A stretch of 63,967 nucleotides of DNA, taken from NCBI RefSeq assembly GCF_001194135.2, contig NC_068988.1, forward strand, positions 93,460,549-93,524,515. The letters run 5' to 3'. A model generated the notes under the pieces. It saw nothing but the letters and a program-made list of their open reading frames with translations. It was not told the origin of the DNA and made no database searches. Below are positions 23,634-36,403 of the stretch, one piece after another. This stretch comes from Octopus bimaculoides (lineage: Eukaryota). The translations under genes were made by a program, and so were the position numbers. Position 1 is the first letter of the stretch. Each line of letters starts with the position of its first letter.

Positions 23634-24110
23634 AAGGAGCTGGGCTGGAAGTGTGGTTAGCACGTCGGACAAAAAATGCTTAGCGTTTCTTGTTCTTTAC
23701 ATTCTCAGCTTAAATTCCGCTCAGCTCAACTTTTTGGTTTATCTTTTCATGGTCAATAAAATAAAGTATGAATCTAGTACAGGGATCGATGTACAGTAAT
23801 CCCTCGACTATCGCGGGTGTTACGTCCCCCCCCCNNNNNNNNNNCACACGATAGGTGAAAATCCCCGACATAGAAACAGTACTGTCCTGTATATTTTTTA
23901 AAATTATTTTCATAACTTGTATATATTTATTTTATTATAAATGCAAAACAACACCACAGAAGAATCGACGTAAGCTTAGATAATAAACCGCGATAGGTGA
24001 ACCGCGATAGGTGAACCGCGATAGGTGAACCGCGATATGGCCAAGGATTACTGTAATCGTCTATTTCTTCCCCTTAAATTTACAATTTTTGTACCAAAAT
24101 TTGAAGCAAT
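23634..24110 (+). mobile_element. family C SINE interrupted by a DNA-transposon MITE
   Basis: C head from about 23634; its GATGTA|ATCG segment is split at TA by the 23794-24053 insertion. Confidence 0.7.
23794..24053. mobile_element. pogo/Tigger-like (Tc1/mariner superfamily) MITE
   Basis: TIRs CAGTAATCCCTCGACTATCGCGG and CCGCGATATGGCCAAGGATTACTG; TA duplicated at 23792-23793 and 24054-24055; 14-bp subterminal unit ACCGCGATAGGTGA x3.6. Confidence 0.88.
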
Positions 24111-24428
24111 CAAACTGTTATTGTGTTTCTGAAATTGACTATCATTTCTTCTGAATTTCATATATTTAATCGTTAGGAATAGATCATCCGTGAACAGTTT
24201 TTGAAAATTATTATTTATATGATAATAAAGAAATAAAAGCTAATATAATGTAATTACAAAAGTCAAATGCAATCAGTGTAAATGAATGTATCCTTTCATA
24301 TTTGTTGGGTGATGTTGAAGAAGTCGAAAGCTGCTGAAGAAAAGTGGCTTCAATTTATTAACGTCAATAGTCACAAACATAAACTTGTACTAAAGCTTAT
24401 TACCTGTAATACAGGAAGCAGAACTGAG

Positions 24429-24786
24429 GCAGCGAGCTGGTAGAAACGTTAGAATGCCGGGCGAAATGTTTAGCTGTCTTTACGTTGTGAGTTCAAATTC
24501 TGACGACAGCGATTTTGTTTCTTTTCATCATTTCGGGGTCGATAAATTAAGTACTAGTTACATACTGGATCGATGTAATCAACTGGACCCCTCCGCCAAA
24601 CTTTCGGTCCTAGGAATAGAAAAGATTAAAGGTGGCGAGCTAACGTTTCTGCCAGATCGCCGCTTTTAATCTTTTCTAATCCTAGGCTCAAGGCTCTCAG
24701 CGGAATTTGAACTCAAAACGGAGCGACGGGTAAAATACCGCTAAGCGTTCCATCTGGCATCCTAACAATCCTGCCAGCTCGCTACT
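24429..24786. mobile_element. family C SINE (+, 24429-24610), inverted head fragment (24640-24663) and second C head (-, 24695-24786)
   Basis: Direct comparison with other C copies. Confidence 0.8.
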
Positions 24787-24804
24787 TTAACGACAACAAC
24801 AAAG

Positions 24805-24825
24805 ACATCAACAATGATAATGATA

Positions 24826-24863
<38 letters not shown>

Positions 24864-24915
24864 AATAATAATAATAATAATGATGATGATGATGATGATG
24901 ATGACGATGATGATT
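24805..24915. repeat. compound (GAT)n/(AAT)n microsatellite
   Basis: Direct reading. Confidence 0.95.
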
Positions 24916-25001
24916 TGTGACTTAGGCAGTCCTTCACTCACGCGACGATTCTTCTAAAGACGCATTAACACACACATGCTCACATATAAAGAAACGCACA
25001 A

Positions 25002-25034
<33 letters not shown>

Positions 25035-25579
25035 NNNNNNNNNNACACACACACACACTTACATACATATAATCACACACATAGGGAAAATAAAATGTTG
25101 TGAGTTCTTTCGAATCAAGAGACCCCAGCTCGCGTGATTCTAAATTTTTTTTTCCATCGATGTGACCAGAACGTTGTTCCGATACCGAAGTCAGATCTTG
25201 TCATAAGCATTTGAAAAAAGCTTAAGTGTCTTGGTAATTGAAAAATAGAAGCTAGAATAAGTAGATGTGAAGAACACAAGATGTGAAGAACACAAGAAAA
25301 ACCAAATGTCTGGGTACCGTGGGAGTTGAAGGTTAATCAAGACAACGCCTTAGCCTCAAATACTTAGGGCTTGCATTTCAACAGCAGGAGGTTCGAATAG
25401 TCGAGAAGAAGAACAGAGATAGAAATCAAACATATGTAGTGTATATTCACACACACAAACACACACACACACATACATATATATACAGCGGGAAAATATG
25501 ACAATTGTATGTATGTCTGTATGTATTGATGTATACATACATATACATACATATATTTGTGTGTACAAACACACACATG

Positions 25580-25616
<37 letters not shown>

Positions 25617-25626
25617 NNNNNNNNNN

Positions 25627-25671
<45 letters not shown>

Positions 25672-25975
25672 ATGCACACACACATATCACTTTCTCTCTC
25701 TCTATCTATCTATCTATATACATACATACATACATACATTTGTATACTTATATATGTATTCATGTATAATTCATGCATACATGTTGTGTGTGTGTGTATG
25801 TGTGTGGGGTGTGTGTGTGGGGGTGTGAGAGCGTTTTTATGTATGTATGTACGTACACATGTATATACATGTGCGTTTGTGGGCATATATACATGTTTAG
25901 TACATTATGTATTTTTAGATTGCATATATATAAGCATTTATACATGTCTACTCATGAAGAGATTTTTACACTTGT

Positions 25976-26016
<41 letters not shown>

Positions 26017-26111
26017 NNNNNNNNNNNNNNNNNNNNNNNNNNNNNNNNNNNNNNNNNNNNNNNNNNNNNNNNNNNNNNNNNNNNNNNNNNNNNNNNNNNN
26101 NNNNNNNNNNN

Positions 26112-26164
<53 letters not shown>

Positions 26165-26583
26165 GTGTACGTATTTGTACATATACGTGACTAGGTGACA
26201 TCTTTATGTTCCTTGTGCGTACGTGCATGCATGTCTGCGTATGTATGTGTATGCATGTATGTGTACGCGAGTATATTTGTGCGTTTGCAATGAGCAGGTG
26301 GCGATATGTAAGAGAGGCCATTTGTCATAGAAAACATTGACATTGATTCACACTAACAAACATAAAATGACACATACATACATATAGATACCTGCACACA
26401 CATACATACTGACACACACACACAGATAGGCTCATATAAATAGGCACAATCAAAAACCCACCCACACTCACACGCGGTGCTAAAGTATCTAAGAAAAACA
26501 CGAAGTACTTGAGAAGTTACGACACCATCGGAATAAGATGGCGGTATATAAGTGGATGTTATGTGACGAGCTTGGAATAATGT

Positions 26584-26675
26584 CGCGTGTGAATATAATT
26601 GCGCCGTCACATGTGAATGCAATAAACCCACATGTGAATAGAGAAACGTCACGTGTGAATACAGACACATGTGAA
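26584..26675 (+). promoter_or_regulatory. cluster of five C(A/G)C(A/G)TGTGAA motifs; candidate Su(H)/CSL plus bHLH E-box enhancer
   Basis: Motifs start at 26584, 26608, 26629, 26650 and 26666, with dissimilar spacers. They include two CGTGTGAA, three CACATGTG and one CACGTG. Confidence 0.45.
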
Positions 26676-27054
26676 ATTGGATTTAGCTATAAAAGCTACG
26701 TTTAACACTTCTCTCTATGTCTCTCTGTCTTCTCTCCCTCTCCCTCTCCTTTCTTCTCTCTCCTTGCTTTCCTATTCTCCCTCTCATTTTATCACTATCA
26801 CATGGCCACGCATACATACATACACACAACTGACGCGGATTCTCCCAATCCAATTTAGTGGCACAGTGAAGATCTGTAAGACATTTCAAAGATTCTCCAT
26901 CTGAAATTCTTTAGGTGAATAGATACAACTCAATCACATATTTACAAATACCGGGAACCCTCTTAACTTAAGAAGTCATGTCGTTTTATTCACGACATGC
27001 TTGAAGTCTCTTAAAAAGAAATTGATAAAATTCAAAGAAAAATCATACATATAT

Positions 27055-27418
27055 AGGCGCAGACGTGTCTGTGTGGTAAGACGCTTGCTTCCAAACCACA
27101 TAGTTCCAGTTTCAGTCCCACTGCGTGGCACTTTAAGCAAGTGTCTTCTACTATAGCTTCGGGCCGACCGAAACCTTGTGAGTGGATTTGGTAGACAGAA
27201 ACTGAAAGAGGCCCGTCCTCGTATATGTGCGCGCGCGCGCGTTTGTGTATCTGTGTTTGTCCCCATCACTTGACAACCGATGTTGGTGTGCTTACGTCTC
27301 CGTAACCAAGCGGTTTGGCAAAAGCGAACGATAGAATAAGAACTAGGCTTACAAAGAAAAAGTCCTGGGGTCGATTTGTTCGACTAAAGACGGTGCTCCA
27401 CATGTAAAAGATAAAAGA
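27055..27418 (+). mobile_element. full-length family B SINE
   Basis: AGGCGCAGACGTG.CTGTGTGGTAAGA head, short (GC)/(GT) core, tail ending AAAGATAAAAG. Confidence 0.92.
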
Positions 27419-29377
27419 AAACATACATACATTCATACACACACACACATACACACACACGTACACACACACACACATATACATACACACATACACACGC
27501 ACACACATGCACAGACATACACACACATACACACACAGGTACACTCACACACATAATACACATATATACACATACATACACACACACATACACGCAATAC
27601 ACACACATATACTGTATTTATACAATAAAAGTTATTTCTGACGTTGAATTACATTCCAACAGAAGAATTATTGCTGGAACATTCCAATGAAAACTTCCAT
27701 AAAATGTAAACATACCAGACTGGACATAGTTGTTTGGAACAGAATAACAAAAGTCATATACGTATTGTCAGGAAAATCAGCTGACCATCAAATGTGGACA
27801 TTCTGTTTAAGATTAGCAAGAAAAGAACCCCTTCTATGACAGTTTTCAATATCTAAATTCTAAATGAAAGCATAAGTACTGTTTTCATTTGACTTGGATT
27901 TTGTATCTAAACCAAGATCTACTTCGGTGCTATGAAGCAAAACCCGTGAGGACCCTTCTATTGGATATATGAAGCAGTTAAAAACAAAATCTGGAACGAA
28001 GCTCATCGCTATTTTAACAACATCACTGCGAAAGGACATGCATCCTTCTTTAAAAGATATGGCTTGCTTTCCTGATGCTAATCGATCTTCTTAAAACCAT
28101 GAGAGCTGCTCAAAATCTGTCAGAAGAGAGATCGAAAATAATGTAAACAAACCGCTGCCGCCATTATCTCATTCTTTTGTATTTCGAAATGTGAATCAAC
28201 ATAGAGAACTATGGAATATATTCAACTTAGAGACATCTTGAAACCTTAGTTTGTAGAAAGCTTTTCTGGTTATTTTTCGAAACCAGTCTCACTCAGGCAG
28301 CACCTACTAAGCAACAACAAAAATAATACATAAACTCAGTGCTGAAACGCGAGGAGATTTGTTGGCAGTGAGCTCTTTAGGAAGCACTCTCTTCCTGATA
28401 ATCTCCCATACGATTCCAAAACAGCCGGACTAACATACCACAAAAAAAAAGACATGGCTGTGAAACGCTCAGCATATCAAAAAAGATTATGCATGGCTAT
28501 GTTTCCTGAATATTTAAAAAAGACGGTAATATCGATATGAACTGTAGCCTGTCTTGGATTCATGAACGCTACATCACATCAGACATCGCAGGTAGGGCAT
28601 TTGCAATCCAAAATCAGTAGAGTGCTATGAAATACCAAGTAAACAAAGTCAGTAAAACCTTTGGAACTGTAAAAATCTGTAAAACTTTCCAAAAGTTTAT
28701 CATTTAAATATATATGAGTATGTCTAGATATGCAACTATATGCATGAGAATGCATTGCATATGTAAATATATGTGTGTGTATAAATATATATGAATATAT
28801 TTATATGTACATACATGTAAATACATCTATATATATATATATATNNNNNNNNNNNNNNNNNNNNNNNNNNNNNNNNNNNNNNNNNNNNNNNNNNNNNNNN
28901 NNNNNNNNNNNNNNNNNNNNNNNNNNNNNNNNNNNNNNNNNNNNNNNNNNNNNNNNNNNNNNNNNNNNNNNNNNNNNNNNNNNNNNNNNNNNNNNNNNNN
29001 NNNNNNNNNNNNNNNNNNNNNNNNNNNNNNNNNNNNNNNNNNNNNNNNNNNNNNNNNNNNNNNNNNNNNNNNNNNNNNNNNNNNNNNNNNNNNNNNNNNN
29101 NNNNNNNNNNNNNNNNNNNNNNNNNNNNNNNNNNNNNNNNNNNNNNNNNNNNNNNNNNNNNNNNNNNNNNNNNNNNNNNNNNNNNNNNNNNNNNNNNNNN
29201 NNNNNNNNNNNNNNNNNNNNNNNNNNNNNNNNNNNNNNNNNNNNNNNNNNNNNNNNNNNNNNNNNNNNNNNNNNNNNNNNNNNNNNNNNNNNNNNNNNNN
29301 NNNNNNNNNNNNNNNNNNNNNNNNNNNNNNNNNNNNNNNNNNNNNNNNNNNNNNNNNNNNNNNNNNNNNNNNNNNNC

Positions 29378-29560
29378 TTCAAGACAAAACTCGACGCTTT
29401 CCTCTCCACGATACCAGACGAACCAATGGCTCGAAATGAGACACAATTTAGGGCAGCGATGTCAAATTCTCTTATACACCAGATGTGCCATCAAAACTCT
29501 TGATTAGACTATATCAGGTGCAGGAGAAGAGCCATGCAAGGAACGTGAAGAGAGCAAGGC
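29378..29560 (+). mobile_element. CR1-like LINE 3' end
   Basis: FKTKLDAFLSTIPDEP...RAAMSNSLIHQ*, homologous to the minus-strand fragment at 12870-13120. Confidence 0.8.
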
Positions 29561-31403
29561 ATAAAGACAGAAAATCACGGTGGTGCTCCAGCATGACCAC
29601 AGCCACTTGGCTGAAACCCATAAATAAATAAATAAATAAATATATATATATACATATATACAGGGGCGTGGTCAAAGATCAGTTAAGCGGGAACATCAAA
29701 GCGATGCAGTACTTCTCTGCTCTTGTTCTGAAGCCCCTTATCATGGGAAACAGACGAGATCCCTGGTGTGAAACAATACTTAATCTACAGAATCTTTTAG
29801 ATGCTTACACAGCATCATATTTGTGATCATGTTGGATAGGAGATGGATAAATAGATGAAATAATTATCATCGAAAAATGTACGAACATAAAACCCACATT
29901 ATTGTACACAGCTACGATGTTAAAAGCCTAATGTTTTAGGAGACATTTTCTAATAATAGAAAACATCACAATTGCATTGGTGTATTTCTCTTCTATTTTG
30001 TTTTTGCTTTAGTTTCTATATATTTTCGTGTATTTCGGGTAAAGTATACCAAGTATCGCACACCTATTCTATTCTACTCTATTCTTTTCAAAGAAATCTA
30101 ATACTGATAGCGACTTAAGTGGGTAGGTGGAGACCAGTGAGGTTATCACGATATTGTGTTGTTTTCTAGTAATTCATGTTGATCTGTAGATTTGCAATCT
30201 TTAAAGCTTACAAAGCGTGTCTCACACTCTCCTACCTGATAACGTGTTCTTGATAGTCGGGAGATAGATATAGTATATAGATCTATAATTTTGATTTACG
30301 CAACTCGTTATCAGAGTGAGTAACTGCAAGATAAAGAGATTTGAGAAATTGCTATGACAAGGCAGCTGGTAACATCAGTTTAATGTGTTTCATTCGCAGA
30401 TAGAATGACGAAATGTTAACCTCAAGAGAGCTGTTCTGAATTCAAGAACTTCCGCCCTTTCAATTCTAACCATTCTTTACGAGAAAGAATATCGTTTTTA
30501 AATGCTAAATCATTTGTTCGTGAGAGGCGTTCTGGGAAGTAAAATTTGTAGTTTAATCTGCAAATGAAAGGAATCAAATTTTCAGAAATCGTGACTGGTT
30601 ATCGCAGACTATAGGTTTCCTAAAAGTGGATCCAATTTTTCCTGTTTAGCAGAAACGAATTCAATGCCTTACGGTATTTAGTATCCTTTCTTTATTATCT
30701 GGGTTCAAATCTCACCAGAGTCAACTTTGCTTTACATCCCTGAGGAATCATAAAATTTTTTTCTGGAATTTATCAATGTCTACAGCCATAAAATATAAAT
30801 TCTCCAACATTTTCTACCACTTGGTACCAAAGAGGGAGATCCTATTTGGTCGGTCGACCTGCTACACGTGACCTGATACACGTGACAGGCAATTCTTCAA
30901 TTTCAGCCTTTACATCATAGTGTTGTCCAAAGTACCATGTGTCTGCAAAAAGTGTTGGGTACCACATGGATTGAGTGTTTTCGATCTTACATCTGGACAA
31001 TCAGAAATGATTTTGGATTAACAAAACTAACAACAAACACTTGGATAAAGATCCTGTCGTTTTCCTCGCTCCATCTTCATTCTTTATCAAAATCCTCCAT
31101 CCTTCATATTCCCTACATATTATTATTTCCTACTTACTTTATTGTTTTGCTTTAACTGCATATATACAAAATTACCGCATATATATAAAGTTGATAAAAT
31201 AAAGTAATTCATACATTGAATAACGATAGCGTGACACATCGTGTCTCAAAAGAGCTTAATATCAAAGTTTAAACTAAAAATACGTTAACGAAATTTATAG
31301 AAACTTAAGACCAGTTCAAATGTATGCGTGATATATTTGAACTTGTAAATGCTTTTGGCTAGAGTCTGTCGCAGAGAAAAATATTTCTCCAGATTCAGCT
31401 CAG

Positions 31404-31418
31404 AGCGCCCTCTGGTGG
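31404..31418 (-). promoter_or_regulatory. consensus CTCF-binding motif
   Basis: Minus strand CCACCAGAGGGCGCT, a match to the CTCF core consensus, in unique intronic sequence. Confidence 0.6.
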
Positions 31419-32204
31419 ATGAATTTCGAATTCGTCAGTTCTCTTTGGTATTAGATATCAAGAGAGACAACTCGGAGCTGACCAGAAGGTGAAGCTTCCT
31501 TTAATGGCGATCAGTCATTATTATTGACCGATAATTGCTGCCAGGTCTGCGCTGATTATGAGAAGAGATACACATAGCAGTGAAGGCAATTTAGCGGAGA
31601 GTTCAATAGATTCGAGTTTAGAGCAATATTTTAGTGAAATATAAGGATGGCGAAAACGAAAAGACACACGTTAAGGTAAATACCAAACTTATATTAAATA
31701 CATATTCCTGGATACAAAGTTGTGTTTTAAGCAGTGGCAAGAAAACACTTTTATTTTTGTCTTTGTTCTTTTCCACTTGTTCTATTCATGAACTGCAGCC
31801 ATGCTGGGGCAACAGTTAGAAGGGCTGAGTCGAACAAATCAATCCCAATACTTACTTTTTAAGGCCTGGGTATTACTCCATCAATCTTTTGTCGAATCGC
31901 AAAGTTACTAGGGTGCAAATAAACACATCTACACCGAAGGATACACCTAAACCAGATGTTCAGTATCCCACCGGCGATCGATCGTTGCTAGATGGGTCGA
32001 AACAGTTGTAGTGATCAATAAAGATTCTCGTACCTTCCGTCTCCCGTCTCTCTCATTAATCAATTACCCAACAAACACTGAACCAGTGAACGTGCTTTAC
32101 CGGTAAATTACCATACAATTTATTAACTGATTTCACTAATCTTGGATTACCTTGATAACTTTGCATTAACATATATTTTCAGAAATATTAATATTAATAT
32201 ATAT

Positions 32205-32246
<42 letters not shown>

Positions 32247-33699
32247 GGCGGGGTGAACCCTGCTGTACTCTTGTCAATCTGCCCTCGTACGTCATGTTTT
32301 CTCCCTTTCTCTGCTCTCTGATCGATGCCTTTTTCAGCTAACACTCGGTTTCCTTTTTTTCAATCTGTGTTACTACCTTTTTCTTCTTTCTCTTACTTGT
32401 GCTAATTTCCAACCATTTCCAACCACGTAACACTTCGTCTCTTTTGGATGAAGTATTTTGTCCGAAACGTTACATTTCACTTCTCCCTTCCACCATAAAG
32501 CTTATTCCATTTATTTGAATTATTGCACAGAATAATTCTTGCTTTTCAGAATTCATTACTTTTTCTACCATTTTATGTTCATCTTTCAATTTCTGCTGAT
32601 ATTATTTGTTTCCCTAACCTACATCTATTTTTGCAAAATGGGGCCTTTAAATATATTTAAATCTGGAGAAACATGATGAAGGCGTATTAAGTGTCTGGGT
32701 AACAGATCTAAGTGCTGTGAAGAACGATAGGGATTTTAAAAAAACAATGAATATAGATCATAGGGTACCATAAAACAAATTAGCATTTACTACCTTAATG
32801 GTTTCCAATGCTTTGACATAAACAGCTTTCAAGAACCGCTGTTGCTGTTCTAGATACAATGAAATTGCTCTGATAACCAAAAACAGTATTGGTTTCGTCT
32901 TCTTTGACGACCTTGTAACCAAAATTATCATAACTTGAATAACATATCCCCTGTCACGGATGAATCGGCTTACTTAAGAAAGGGTAAACACAGCGAAATA
33001 TAGAAAAAAACGTCTGGAAGAGGCAAGCGTGTAAATAACACAATTATAGGTGAAGGAATTGGTTGGTGAGTTAGTACTGTTTCTATTGTTGTTTGTTGTT
33101 GATTAAATTCGGTAAGTTTTGATAATTTAAGAGAAGACAAAGTAAAGAAACTTTATGGTAAACATACAAAAAGTGAAGGACCGAAAGTAGAACATAGACA
33201 CAATAGCCTTGATTGCCATGCACTGCAGCAGATCATTTCCAGCTCTTTGTCTTGGCAACTTAGACATAACAAGTGAGAGATTTATTATAACTGACAATTT
33301 ACACAAATTCTCTTTTTAAAATCTTCAAAAAACACTAATAAATGGCCAGTCGTATATATTAATGTCAAAGACTAAAATAACAATATTTGGAGTCGTATCA
33401 GATTCTTCAGACTATTATCCCCATCGTTTGTATATTTTTTCGCTTTTCGACGTTTCAATTTCTGATCATCCTGACAGGAATAACTATCATTTGTTTTGGG
33501 TTTCAATTTACAACTGATTTTTTTTTGTTTGTTTTAAACAGGGTTTTTAACTTCTTTAACTTCTTTGTAATAATCCTGATAGAAAAAAAATTGTTCCAAG
33601 ATAAAATCAATAACAAAAGAATTAAAACTCATTCACACATGTGTGTATGTGTGCGTGAATTTGTGTAATTTATACACTCACATATATACATCTTCTTTT

Positions 33700-33871
33700 T
33701 TTCTGTTACTTGTATCAGTCATTAGACTGCGGTCATGCTGGGGCATCGCTTTGAAGAATTTTAATCGAACGAATCGACCCCGGTACTTATTTTTATAAGC
33801 GCAGTGCTTATTCTATCGCTAAGTTACGGGGACGTAAACCACACCAGTTGTCAAGCAATGACACACACACA

Positions 33872-33955
<84 letters not shown>

Positions 33956-34068
33956 CATACAAGTTTCTTTCAGTTTCTGTCTATCAAATCCATTCACAAA
34001 GCATTGGTCGGCCCAAGGCTGAGGTACTTGCTCAACATGCCACTCAGTGGAACTGAACTCGGAACCGA
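33700..34068 (-). mobile_element. family B SINE with internal (CA)n
   Basis: Tail (TTACTTGT.TCAGTCATTAGACTGCGG.CATGCTGGGG) and head (TTTCAGTTTCTGTCTA.CAAATCCA.TCACAAAG) on the minus strand. Confidence 0.88.
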
Positions 34069-34074
34069 TTTCTG

Positions 34075-34345
34075 AGAGAAATCGTGTGGCCTAGTGGTCA
34101 GGGTTGTTGCATTCACGATCGCAAGATGTTGATTTCGATTCCCAGATCAAACGAATCGTGGTGCTCTTGAGAAAAAAAAACCCCCTTCATTTCACGTTAC
34201 ATCATTGTAGTGAATGAGTAACCCTGCGAAGGACTGGCGTCACGTTCAGGGGAAATGTGATGATCTCGGTCACTTAAACACTTTGGAAGCCAGGGGACCT
34301 GTCTTATGAGCCCTAGGGCTCGAGATAGCTTCTTAACCACACAAC
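34075..34345 (+). mobile_element. family D SINE with a third type of tail
   Basis: Head GTGGCCTAGTGGT.AGGGT..TGCA.TCACGATCGCAAG...TTCGATTCCC, core CTTGAG...TTCATTTCACGTT. Tail related to the minus copies at 39350-39580 and 49790-50040. Confidence 0.75.
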
Positions 34346-34454
34346 CGTGCCTTAAAAAAAACTGCCAGTAAGGTGTAATTTGAGTTGTTATTTTTAGCAG
34401 AACGACTGACCGCGTGTAAGCATGTATATATTAGGATGGAATATAATTATTGAC

Positions 34455-34788
34455 AAAGGCAAAGTCGACATCGGCGGTATTTGAGCTCGGAACATAGAGA
34501 CGGACGGAATACGTCTAAGCATTTTGCTCGGTTTGCTAACGGTTTCGCCAGCACGTCGCCTAATTAAAGAATATAACTTTGAATTTTAAATTTTGGCACA
34601 AGGCCAGCAATTTAGGGGAGGGGTAAGTTGATTACACTGACCCCGGTGCTCAACTGGTAATTATCTTATTGAGACCGAAAGGATGAAAGGCAAAGTCGGC
34701 CTCGGCAGAATTTGAACTCAGAACGAAGAGATGGACGAAATGCCGCTAAGCATCTCCGGTCTGCTAACGATTCTGCCAGTTCGTCGCT
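34455..34788 (-). mobile_element. two tandem family C SINEs (34455-34561 partial, 34585-34788)
   Basis: AAAGGCAAAGTCG.C.TCGGC.G.ATTTGA.CTC.GAAC present twice. Confidence 0.88.
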
Positions 34789-36403
34789 AAACTGTAAAAT
34801 ATAATTATTGTCAATTTAGAAAATAGAAACAATATTTTTGAATGTGAATATGTCAGCTTCTAAATAAATGTCGAAGTAGCATAACATTTCTAGATTCCTA
34901 GACTTTAAAACATTCATAGAATATAAATGGTTAGAGACAAGAAAATATAAATACACGACGGTAAAATTGGTGTTCCATCTAATTACGTATTCCATTTTGG
35001 TTTTCTGTCGAGTTACGAATATGTTTGAGGTAAAAGCCATTACTTCGTCTGTAATTTCGACGAAAGCGAAAATGCAAAAATAATGGTTCGTTGTGCTGCT
35101 TCCTGCAATTTTCGTTCTTAGAATGTTAGTTAGACTAACGAAGCTTGACTGAAGAAAGTTCGGAATTGTTCCAGTATTAGTTTTCTATAAGATATTGAAA
35201 CTTCGCATGACAGCAGCAATTTCTTTTACTTTTCGGATGTTTTATCTATATTTTTTACTTCTTTTTAAAGAAACACTCTAATGAGCGTTCTAAAGTCAGA
35301 AAAACCAACATTTCTTTTTTCTTTTTTCTCCCTCTCTCTCTTTCTTTGTTTTGTTTTGTTCTTTGCAAAACTAGTAAAGGATGAAGTTATTACCATATAA
35401 CTTCTTAACTACCTCTAAACAAAATACGTTCCGTTTGCTGCTTGTCTCTATAAACAAAAGATAAGATTTTCGATACGTGTATGTTTTCAGTTTTGTCTTG
35501 TTTTCAATTCCTTCTTGTGTTCGGTTTAAGGTTTCAAGCCGATAAAACTGATTCCAAAATTAACACCGAAAAATGTTATCGTTTACTTTGTACACTGTAT
35601 TTAGAATTCTCTATGATTCCCATTCAATAAAACACATTTGAAGTGGGAAACGAGAAGGAAAAGCCTGCAAAATAAGTGGAAATTATCCGTTGCAACCACG
35701 TAGTTTGGAGTTACTTACATTGAGAGGAATCTTGGTCACAGTATCTTCTACTTATGGCCTCGGATTGACCGGTGCTTTGAGGGAGAATTCGGTCGACGGA
35801 AACTGTGTTGAAGCTTGTAGTACATATCTGTGTTTAATAACAGCTGATATAAATGTTGACTTGTTGGTTATTTTCTTTAGTCAAACTTTACATCGTATAG
35901 AGAGAGTGGAGAAGAGAGGGCGAGCGAGAGAGAGGGGGAAGAGAGAAGAGCGAGAGTCCAATACAATGATTATCAAACTTTAAAAAAATGTACTGCCTTT
36001 GATTTGATCGAAAAAAACTCTTCAAGCTGGTCCCCCAGCATGGCCTCAGTTCAATGACTGAAACAAGTAAAAGAATAAAAGAGTAAATATCTACTCTTAC
36101 TATAAACGGCTGATTCAGCCTTACTTCGAATCGGATCTCGATTTACCATTCTGACATTCGCTTCTGTCATTTTTGGCACCGATTGTAGCAGACAATCGGT
36201 GCCAAGTTGTCGTGCTGCTATTGTTGTTGTCATGATTGCTTGTTCCCCCGTCACCTCTGAACATGCAAAATAGAGTTAGATCAAAAGCATTCTAGCCGTG
36301 ACCATCTCTCTTATTCAGATACATCGCAAATATAAAACAACCATTAACTATGGAGCTTTGACATATGGAACCGAGGGGAAAAATATAGAAATTAAGCTCA
36401 TCC

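Noticed and set aside
26584-26675. CRISPR-like appearance (repeat with unique spacers)
   Set aside because: Repeats are only 10 bp, spacers 6-14 bp, animal intron, no cas genes; treated as a TF-site cluster instead.
31960-32475. Two further hammerhead-like relics (GTCGAAACAGTTGTAGTG near 31999; GATGAAG...CCGAAACGTT at 32447-32471)
   Set aside because: CUGANGA core mutated and stem I/II pairing not recoverable; probably decayed Penelope-like ends, not functional ribozymes.
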